Below, in pieces: positions 13,054 to 25,000 of a stretch of 60,764 nt of DNA. Origin of the DNA: Tubiluchus corallicola (lineage: Eukaryota; Animalia; Priapulida). The stretch covers positions 1 to 60,764 of the forward strand of contig JAQGDQ010001126.1 of the NCBI GenBank assembly GCA_030141605.1, given 5' to 3'. A program made the position numbers and the translations under genes. Under the pieces are notes generated by a model. The model saw only the letters and a program-made list of their open reading frames with translations. It did no database searches and had not been told where the DNA came from. Position 1 is the stretch's first letter, and the number at the start of each line of letters is the position of its first letter.

Positions 13054-16000
13054 TATTATCATTATTATGAGTTCATTTTGCATAAAAATATACAACTTAC
13101 AAAGACAGCAGGAGGTTAGTAAAATAGATAATGCGATGTTAGTAAAGTAACATATCTACAGAAATTCAACTTAATAATATGCACTCATTTTTAAGTACCC
13201 TTGTAATTATATTACATTATACAGTGTTGTAAGGAGCTATAATAGATATCTTAAAACATAATCTTTAAATGAGTTCTTAACCTTTAATTTTACATTTTCA
13301 TTTAGATCTACAGTACAACCATATTTGAATCTTAAATTTACTCGACTGTTATTTACATAATAGCATAGCTTTGCAATTCTCAATGTGCAAGATTTTGCAA
13401 TTTTTCTCACAAAATTTAATTTTCGACTATCTATTAAATAATTCGCAGGCATTGAGCCACAAATATACATTCACAATTTCACGCCTTCATTTTGTCTAAA
13501 ACCGAATATTTTTCTATGAGCAGTGTTCCATTTTACCCTAACGGCATTAACTTCATTGTTTGATATGCCCCCAATTTCACCTTTTAATATGGCATTTTGT
13601 ATTTATGTATTATTTTGTCATGGCAAATGGAATAAACTAAATTAAAAAATAAACCATCATTATTATGCTGATTATGTTTATTCCAGGCAGTAATAATGGA
13701 AAATTTAGAATGTTTATAAATAAACATTGGATATACTAACAATGACAACACGACACACTAGTGTCTAAGAATTTGCTTGTGTTATAAAGTATATTTCAGT
13801 TGCCATTGTTATTATGTTTCTGTTGTCAGATTTTTATTTCAGTTCTTGTTTCAGTTCTTATTCCAGTTCAGTTATTTTCAGTTTGATTTTTTTTATTATG
13901 CACTTATTATTACTGTGTATGAATTGTACTAACACGTTATAAGCATATCAATTTAATCTCATTCGTAACAATTAAATCTTTATTATAAGCAGTACTAACA
14001 CTAATACACTGTAGCATAGCGCTTATAAAAAATGTTCATCACTAACCAAAGGCCAGCTGACTAGATGCCCAATTGGTCTTTTGCTGCCCTTTCTTCACAT
14101 TTTTGTTTCCAAATTAATTGTATTATAACTGTGCGTGTGTTACAAGATAAATAAAATATTATTATTATTAGTGGGTACAACTATAATGCAAACTGCATCG
14201 AAGTTAGTTATGAAAACCGACTGAAAACCTGATTTGCCTGCGTTGCAAAAATAACGTGATCAAAATGCTCCGGTTGATATCCTTCAGCGTGCACCACAAC
14301 TCCGAGATATTTTTGAGGTGTGACCGTGGAACGGACGGAGAGCACGCTAACACCCGTGTGCAACCTGGCAACTTTCTGCAGAAAACAAATTCTTAATTAA
14401 AGAAATTTCTGACAATTACGTTTATAGAAACTGTAAATTATTTTGTAAAAATTTAAGTTTTTTTCATTCAATTGAGATGTGAAAATGACGTTTTTTGGAA
14501 GAAAGAGAAGCAATAGGTTCAGAAAGTTAAAATGTTACATCCAATACAAGTGAACCTTTACTGTGAAACAAAATATGTTACATAAGGGAAAGGGTATAAT
14601 GACTGAATAAGAGTGCCAACTTTTTATAAACCTCTTTTAGCCATGTTTTAGACAATTTTTGCAAAAGTTTACACTATCATTATTGGTCTTGAATGGTCAA
14701 AGTTAAAGCTCTACCGGACCCAATCTTAAGCTGCAGGTCAGAACAATCTACTCTTTAAAATATTGAAAGGTGACATACTATTTCTGCAAAATTGACTTGC
14801 GCGAAATAATTATTACCGCGCAAATTCCATTTTGCGTTCGAGCCACTAGGTCTTCCCTGTTACATGCATTTCGCCATTCGCTAGTTAGACGGACAGTAGT
14901 GCCTGCATTTCTGAAATTCGTTGCACAAAAAACAAATGCTGTGCCTATCAGGTTAGAGGTGTTCGTTTGTGATGCATTACACATGTCCGACAACTCATGT
15001 GTGAGCACATCAGTAAATTTGAAATTTAAATTTTTCTTAAAACTTGTCTAGCTTTAGTACAACACACTGAATATCTTACAGTAGCGCTGTATTTCAATAT
15101 TCGCTTTTGCTGCAACACGTTCATGGAGTATTTTTGCTGTTGAAATTTACGCTAGTTTGTGACATCATCAATAGTTGGACTCACCAGGCATTAATTAAGT
15201 TTTTAACCTATTATTTAATTATCAGAAATGCTTGTGCAGTATTAACTGTGTTAAAATGTCTACTTTTAACAATACTTGAAAACGAGGTAGTATCTGAAAA
15301 TCATCCTGTTTTCCTTTAAATCTATGCATTTCATAGGTTTACAGTTTCACAATGACAGGCACATCGGTACTATTCATGAGAAATAAGAAACGACATACAA
15401 ACTTTCATTTAGCTTCATAATCAGTAACTCTAAGCCAGGGGTGTGCAAATTGCAGCCCGCGGGCCACTTGCAGCCGCCAAGAGAATTCGTGCGGCCCGCG
15501 ACGAGATTTGTCAACCTAATGAAAGTGCGGCCCGGGCGATTAACTGAGTGTATCCAGCTGAAGTCCGTGCCACGACCCCAAAGATAGTGCGGGTAGTTTT
15601 TTCCTCTAGATCGGATGCCATTAACCCTTACAAGACGGTTGTAGCTTAATAACACAGTACTACACAGACTGTGTGATACACATTACTAATATGCATTGTA
15701 ATGAAATTACCACTATCTGTCCTGAAAGTAGAAATGTATGGTTTGTAATATAAATTTTAATAACTTCTAAAGTAGTTTCTTGAGTGTAGTAGTAATGATG
15801 TACGCAGGTCGGATGCAAAAAATCGTTATTAGGCCTTTCTGTACTTGGCTCCTTGATCAAACTGCCTGTGGCCCGCAGGAATTGTGGAAAAGTTTAATGT
15901 GACTACAGTCAAGAAACTATTTTAGAAGTTATTAAAATTTATATTACAAACCATATATTTCTACTTTCAGGACAGATAGTGGTAATTTCATTACAGTGCA

Positions 16001-19000
16001 TATTAGTAATGTGTATCACACAGTCTGTGTAGTACAGTGTTATTAAGCTACAACCGTCTTGTAAGGGTTAATGGCATCCGATCTAGTGGAAAAAACTACC
16101 CGCACTACCTTTGTGATCGTGGCACGGACTTCAGCTGGATACACTCAATTAATCGCCCGGGCTGCACTTTCATTAGGTTGACAAATCTCTTCGCGGGCCG
16201 CACAAATCCTCTCGGCGGGCCGCAATTTGCACACCCCTGTTTTAAACAATTTGCAATTTTTTGCACAAACTTTAAATACTCTGCCATTGCACTACCTTAG
16301 CCAAAACTTACTTGTGTTAACAAACGTGACGTGTGTTTGGTCCCTTGTTTTAAGTGTTTGAAAGTTCGTCTGGTAAACAGCATTTTGTCCAAATATTCCA
16401 TCACGGGAACGACGGGATAGTTACGAGCCATGGTGACTGAACTCGTTGCAACAACTAGTATGTACAAGATTAGCTAAATATAACTGTCATAATTATTTAT
16501 TTATTTATTAAATATATCCACAATGATCATTACAGCATTGTACATAAAAGTATATATTTATTATTATGTACACAGGATGCCAGGCCGCAAATGACCCGTG
16601 GGGTAGTCAAGAACTAATTACTTGTTTAGGGCACCCCAAATGAATGTGGACTGAGTGTAGTAGAAACGAGCAGTAAATGAGTAGAAAGAAAGGTTAATAG
16701 AGAATAGAAAGAAGGAGAAAGATGTGATGGTATCTGTATGAAGTAAAGTGAACTATAGAAATGTAAAAATTGACATAGCCAGCAACACAGTGGATTCCGT
16801 CAGGGACAGCAGTGTAATTATTCAAATTGATTTATTCTGTGTAATTAAAAAAGATTTCATTTTTAGGATTTCTTTTGAAGTTATTTATAGATAAAGAAGT
16901 TATTTATAGATATAGATAATGACCTTAAAGGTGCTTCAGTTTATGGCTCTTGAACAATAATTTAATAGATGGCGACACAATCGTGCACATAAAAGACCAA
17001 ATAAATACAGCTGTTATAATGACGTTAAAATTGCTCTAGTTTATGGCAGTTCAACAATAATTTTAATAGATGGCGTGTAAGTAGGGCTAGTAATGGTATA
17101 TTATGCATTTTGTGGTGACATCTGGTGGTGGCAAAAATAAAGGATTATAAGCATATCTTTCTAATATACAGAGAGATGAGAAATAATAAACAGGCGAGAC
17201 ACAAAAAACAGCACAAATACAAATTACAGAAAAGAAGCCTACATAAGCTACTAAAGATGGCTACATGCTACCCATATGCACTGGTGACACCTGTTGATAA
17301 AAAGATGAAACATTTTGGATTTGTGTGTTTAATGCATAGACGGATGAGCAATGATAAACAAGTGAGATACAAAAAGCAGCACTAAAACTAATGCTAGGAA
17401 AGTGAAATACATAAACAGCATAGCAAAATATTGATTTTTTGCAACAAACCTAACTACACAATTCCAATATTTTCAGTTTTCTATAAACAATTCTTAGATA
17501 CCAGCAGTCTTTAAGCAGACTTCTGGATTGCATTTCAAACATTAAAACACAAGAAAATTAATACGACTACCTCACTGACATTACATTTTCAAGGTAAAAC
17601 GTAGAAAAGTTACCAGTAAATGTAGGAACGATAAAGCCTTCAATGAAGTCCTGGGAATAGTGATTCTGTTTCAGATATTCTTGCATTGTAGTCTGAGATA
17701 GAGATGTACGTAATACCTGTAGCAAATAAGGTAAAAATTAATTACGGTATAGAACATAGAACATTTATTTTCTCCAGAACTTTGCTTGAACTTCGTGCGT
17801 GAACCGTATGGCTGCAGCAATTACCGCAGTGGAGAAACCAATAAGTTCTGGGTCTCACAGCTTTGTTAGCCCGGGAAATGGACCATATCATGTTACTTAA
17901 CTTACTAAGCACTTTAACAGTAATTCGACGTATTGATTATTCATAAAAATTGATTAATAATGAAGTAATGCCAGCTCATTCTGTGAACACATACTGTGTA
18001 TTGCGTGGTATTTAGCGTAGCAAAGTGTAATTGCAGGTAGTAGTACTTGTTAATAGAACTGCTAAAGCGAATGTTGTGCGAATCGAAGATAGAATTTAAT
18101 GTCTTTTAAATAAATGTACATAACTAATGATATACAATTTGAGGATGTTAGTGCGCTAGTTTGTGATGTCAGACATAGAACATAGAACATTGATTTTCTC
18201 CAATTAGCTTAACATCAAAAGTTTTTTAAATATTAAGTAATTATAATCGTGGAGCAGAGCAGAAAAGGACCATAGGGTCATCTAGTCTCTTGCCCTTTCT
18301 TATAATTAACGGTGATGCTGCAGATAGACATATAGACATAACATAATAACAAAAGCAAAAATATAAAAACAAACATAACAACAATAGCATAAGTGAAAAA
18401 AAGAATAATAATAAATGAAGATGATGAATAAGTATCACAATAATTAGTTGCGAATTAAATAAAATGATAATAATGCACAGTTGCTTACAAAATTCTCGGC
18501 AAGAAAAAATAATGTGAATATGATTATATACAGAAAAAAAATAAATGTAAAAGCAAAGCAGAACAGCTAATTTATGTCACCGTCCAAAAATAATCGCTAA
18601 TTGGGTATAGTGCATACATAAAAAATGTGTTTTAGCAGTTTTTTTTTTAAAAAAAATAATTTTTATAAACAAACAGTGGTAAAATAAAATGAGATGGCGG
18701 TGCTACATTTCAAAAAGGACCACCACTAAACAATGTAATTTTTTAATTAACAATTTCTCTCCAGAAGGCACTATGTGGCACCAAATCAGTTTGGTCACGT
18801 GGATGAACTGGGTCAATCAATCAATCAATCAATTAATCAATCAATCAATTTATTTCACTCCAGCAATACATATACAATACATCAACATACAATATTATTG
18901 AAACAGAAAGAAACAGTATAGGTAAAAAACGTTGATGAAGTCAAATTAACCAAATAAAAGAGTTGCTGTATGACACCTTGAAAGCTTGGCTTGTTAAGGT

Positions 19001-22000
19001 GGCACAAATGAGTGAATGAAAGAATGGTTAGGATTAGTAGACATGATGGAATGGAGAAAAATAGTAAGATTAGGGATAGGAAGAAGGAAGGGAGGGGAGG
19101 ATGAGTGAATGAAAGAATGGTTAGGGTCAGAAGAAATGATGGAATGGAAAAAATAGTAAGATTAGGGATAGGAAGAAGGAAAAGAGGAGAAGAAATGACC
19201 ACAGTGTATGTTTAATTTACATAGAGGCATATTAAAATAGCATAATAATTGATTGGAGGCCATATATGGGTAGCAAAATGTGTTTGTATACCACGAAAGA
19301 AGTTATTGACTATTACATTCAATGCCAGAGTCCAGTACACATATTGTTCTTAGATTCATCTAAAGCTTTTGACCGGGTAAATTACTACAAAATGTTTCTA
19401 AAACTGGTCGATACTGATATGCCTAACATTATTATAAGATTATTAACCTTTTACTACTCTCGACAAACTATGTTTGTGAGGTGGGGAAATTTGTAATTGT
19501 TCAACTCTTATTGTAATTCTTTCTACGGTATGGCGACCTGGCGACATTTTTATAACTACAGCCTCAGCAAACTTAAAGTAGCTCACAATATTTCAAAACG
19601 CAAACTTTTCAACTACCCATATGATTATAGTTCTAGGATCATTTCAGTAGACCACGACGTTTTTTACTTTGATGTAATACATAGGAAAACTGCATACAGT
19701 TTATACAGTAGAGTAATGCAAAGCTCAAATCTTCTTATAAACGCATTGAATAACAGTGACGCATTTTACACTTCAGACATAAGAGACCAGTGGAGGAAAG
19801 AGTTAGGTAGAAATTATGAGTGACAATTCAGGCAGGACGTATTATAATGTATATATATATATATATAAATTGTACTGTTATTTTATTTATTTATGTATTT
19901 TTGTGTATCATTATTTATGTATTACGGTGTCCCGCAACGGACGTTTTCCCGGACCCAACTCGCGATTTTTTCTAAATTTTGACCAAACAGCAAGTGGAAA
20001 AAACGGCGCCTGGTGGGAGTCTCGGAAGGAGATACACGGCTCTTTAGAAAGAGGAAGGAGGGGGCTACACGATGATGTGGGCTATATGTTAGGACAGGTC
20101 CACCGAAAGGAGTGCCGACAAGGTAATTAGATGTTATATTTCCGACAATTTTCGCTTGGAAAACTGCTGAGGCAAAGCCATTGTTCTGACGTCATCCATT
20201 ATACTCTGTCTATAACCTTATAACTTTAATTCAGTAAAAGCTGCTGCTACTGGCTTTATGTTATACATGAGGACTGTGTAGGATGTTCGCGTATTTTTGA
20301 TTATACGTGTATTTATACGCAAAATTTTTTGCGGGCCTTTGCTAGTTTATGTATTAATTTGCATGTGTTGAGAGGAGGGGTTATAATTATTGTATGTCTT
20401 GTAATTATTGTATGTTATGTATTCTATGAACCTAGTTCGAAATAAAGAGTTAAATCAAGTCAAAATCAAAATATACATGTATAAAGTGACACGTAAGCTA
20501 TACATCGTGAAATTCATACAGTTTAACAAGAAAAAATCGATCATTTGCAACAATTGTTCCAACACAAACATGTCAAAATTTCCATTGTGTTATCACAACA
20601 ATACTAAAGACCTTTTAATTGTCGAGAAATTCTAAAATGCTTTAAATTAGTTCTTAATCTTTTTTCTTATAATTTAATATTAATTTTTAAAACATTGCAA
20701 TGCTATTTTATTACGGCCATACCTCATTGTGTAATGTCCTCCTTATTGCTAGTTTCATACGAATGCAGTCCCAAAGAATGTGCAGCAATCTGAATCCGCC
20801 TTGCCAAAACATGAGCGGGGAAATGTACGCAAGAGCCCACTTTCCAATTAAGACATTTCTCGTGTGAAAATGTGCTTGTTCGTTAAATATCTGTAACAAA
20901 TTAAAAATATAATACAATAACTATGATGTAAGAGGCTTTTGAGCTGTTAGAAAATTTTCGAAAGCAGTTAGATAACACTAGCATAGCTCGATTGGGGGTG
21001 AAAATATTACACGAGGTCCACTAAGATGAGTGTTGAAATGAAATGCCCTACTTGGTTCGTTGTGTAGCAAGCACAAATAGCCACAATGTGACAATGCAAT
21101 GCTCATCAGACACTTGTTACTTTGAAGTACAGTAGACGCTGCTTGGTTCGTTGTGTAGCAAGCACAAATAGCCACAATGTGACAATGCAATGCTCATCAG
21201 ACACTTGTTACTTTGAAGTACAGTAGACGCTGGTTGGTTTGTTGTGTAGCAAGCACAAATAGCCACAATGTGACAATGCAATGCTCATCAGACACTTGTT
21301 ACTTTGAAGTACAGTAGACGCTGGTTGGTTTGTTGTGTAGCAAGCACAAATAGCCACAATGTGACAATGCAATGCTCATCAGACACTTGTTACTTTGAAG
21401 TACAGTAGACGCTGCTTGGTTTGTTGTGTAGCAAGCACAAATAGCCACAATGTGACAATGCAATGCTCATCAGACACTTGCTACTTTGAAGTACAGTAGA
21501 CGCTGCTTGGTTCGTTGTGTAGCAAGCACAAATAGCCACAATGTTACAATGCAATGCTCATCAGACACTCGTTACTTTGAAGTACAGTAGACACTGCTTG
21601 GTTCGCTGTGTAGCAAGCACAAATAGTCACAGTGTTACAATGCAATGTTCATCAGACACTTGTTACTCTGAAGTACAGTAGACGCTGCTTGGTTCGTTGT
21701 GTAGCAAGCACAAATAGCCACAATGTTACAATGCAATGCTCATCAGACACTTGTTACTTTGAAGTACAGTAGACGCTGCTTGGTTCGTTGTGTAGCAAGC
21801 ACAAATAGCCACAATGTGACAATGCAATGCTCATCAGACACTTGTTACTTTGAAGTACAGTAGACACTGCTTAATAGACTCACAGTTAATAGACTCAGTC
21901 GCTTAATTGACTCAAAAATGCCTGGTACGGGCCGCTCTTATTCAAATGTACATAAAAACTGTCGGTAATTGACTCAAATAACTCAGCATAATTGACTCTA

Positions 22001-25000
22001 TATTTTTGCCTCACATGCTTCAGTAAGACACTTTCGCGTGACTAATAAACTTTACGACTTTTATATAATCTTAGTTTACTTTTGTCCTATAACATACATA
22101 GAAACAATCATGTTAAGTACCGTTTTGTTTGTAAACAGGAGCTTTATCATGCGCTAATACGCTAGCGTACCAGTTTTGAATCTGTTACCTGCTCGCCCAC
22201 TGCAATTAACCTCGTTACCCAAAGAATTTCTGGAAGCTGAACATCTAATCACTTGTCTAGCGGTTTCTTTTTCCAGCTCTCATTGCAAATCACACTTTCA
22301 CGCTTAATCAGTTAACAGTCACTGATGCAGGTCCAGTAATTTTTGCAAATAAACAGACTTGTGTGATTTAGAAAAGTATACTTTTTAATTAATTGCTAAT
22401 TCAATCATATAAATTAATATCTTAAAATATTTTGTTTAATTTCTAACTGCACAAAGGAATTTAGGCGTTACTTCGTTTCTAAAGTTCATTAAAAGACTTC
22501 GCAGTGCATAGTAAGCTGATGACTCGTACTTCTATACCAGTAATGCTACACCCATCGGTTAATAGGTTCAGTCGGTTAATTGGGTCAAAACACGTAAGTC
22601 TATTAAGCGGCACCTACTGTAAAATATTATTACACTGGCAACTCTACGTGTGGTTAAAGGAAAACCGGACCGAATCTTAAACTGTAACTCAAAACAATTT
22701 ATCTCGTAAAATAATGAAAGGGAACACACAATTTTTTTCAAAAATGGCATATATGACAAAATTATTAGCAGAAAATGGTAATGGACAATGAGTAATTCCA
22801 GAGCTTTGGTGTAGGCATGGTGGTAAAGATGAAATTTGAATTTTAAACTTAAAAAATTTGCCTATTATTTTTACATCACACCGAATGTTGTACAGTAGCG
22901 CTGTACTTCAATGTTTGCAAACACGACTACACGTGCAACGGCTCGTGGAATGTCTGTGCTATTGGAAATTATGTTCAGTTGTGACGTCATCACTAATTGG
23001 GCTCGTCTGCCATTAATTAAGTTTTTAACCTTTTACTTAATTACCAGAAAAGTATTTCCAACATCATAGGTGTTAAAATGTATACTCTTTATCATACTTT
23101 AAAATGGGATGGAATGTGAAAAATCCTGATTTCCTTTCAAGTGGCAAAATGTGACATGAAAATTGGGTTCTGCAAGGGGTCAACTGTCACGAAGTTCATC
23201 TCATAATTACTTCGCGTTTGATTAACTTGACTTGTGAATATTACAGCATTTGTCTTCTTGCTCATCTCTTTTTCATAATTTTTTTCATCACATTCCCTCC
23301 TTTTTTAGGCTTGTTACAGCATTGAAATAGCTTAAATTTCCCTCTAATCTCACTGCACTTATTTGCTTCTGAATCATCTTTTACATTAATAGTGTTCTAG
23401 TTTTCTGTATTTAAGCTGTGTAAGACAGGTCTACCTTGAACATTTAGACCTGTGGGCTAGCCAGGCTAATTATTCCACTGTGTTTTAGTATAGTGATATT
23501 TCAGTATTGATAACAATGTTATTTGATTCTGTGATTGTACCTGCTAGTATAGTTATTACAATATAATTCCTTGTGATTTGTTAATGATTGTGTTGTTTGA
23601 TTCTTTGATTGTAAAAGCTAACAGGCTTAATAATTGTGGACAAACCCTTAATTTGGTGCTTGCTCTCCCCCCCCCCCCCATTTCCTTGCCCACAAAGAGG
23701 TGCTGAAACCCGGGACTGAACCAAGGACCTTTAGCTACCCGATAGTACATAGTACCTGATATGATGGTTCAGCGTTAACAGTCTCGACTTCTACGCCAGC
23801 TTCCTCAAACATGCGTAACATTTCTATAACAAAATAAAACAGCACCGCTGCAAAACACTGTCAATAAGTTCACGTTGATTATTCACTTTTTTAAAAATGG
23901 CAATGTCAGACAATCCCCCACATACATAGTAAATAAGTTAGGGACAAGGTACATGGCTGAGTGGTTAGATGTTGTGACTTTTGACCGAAGTTATAAATGA
24001 CACAGAAGCTGGACCTGTTAGTTACCGGACGGGTAAGCGGCTTTGATTGTCGCCCCGGGCATTCATTCGTCTTGCTGATTCTGGCTGTTCACTTTACAGA
24101 ACAGCTATGATGCCTTTGCCAGTTTAACGGCTGATCATAGAGGCTTAGCCTTGTTAAATGGAACAGATTTTGATCTCGTCACGACAATCCAATTTGACTA
24201 GGAGCGGCTTGTTGAGGCTGGATTCCAGCTTGCAGGATTTTGAAAATTTTGCGTAAAAATTGCTCTAGAAAAAGAAAACATTGTGACGTTGTTTTGTGGT
24301 ACGAAGTCCTCGCTTAACGACTCCCCGTTTTAACGACGCTGAACATTTGGCACCTTTCTCTCACTTAACGACGCACTATTTCGTTCTAACGGCGATTTTT
24401 TTACTTTGCTCACAGCCATTTTTATTTTTACAACATTTTTTACCTAATTTAAAGCACTAAAATGGTACATATTGTGTTTTTCTGTTCTAAAAATACATTA
24501 GTAACCTAAATAGTGCAAGTATTATCATGTTTTCACTTCCCGACTGACTACATACTAACTTCTAGCCGTTTGTATCAAGCGACACCCGAGTTTAAACTTT
24601 ATGCAAAAGAATTTTGTCTGTAACCTGTTGCTATAGCAACCAGATTAGTACTACATGAAATTATCGCTCCATGCAGAGTTTGGCTTTCACTACGTAGTGT
24701 TTAACATGGAAGAAGAAATTGCTAGCGAGTCTAGCTAGATACTGGTAATAAAGATAGGTGGTTTCAAGCAAACAGAAAGAAATTAATCAGTAGAAATATG
24801 AATAAAGCTCATAAAGCATTTAATTCGTATGATCTAAGCAGCATTAAAGCATTGATTTTTGGTTCTGGAACGTATCTCAATTCGTCTACATTACTAACTA
24901 AGTAAGCTTTGGTTTCGCTTAACGACGTTTAGCTTAACGTCGCGTTTTGCTTGAACGCATTTGTATCGTTAAACTAGGACTTACTTATTGTAATATTATA

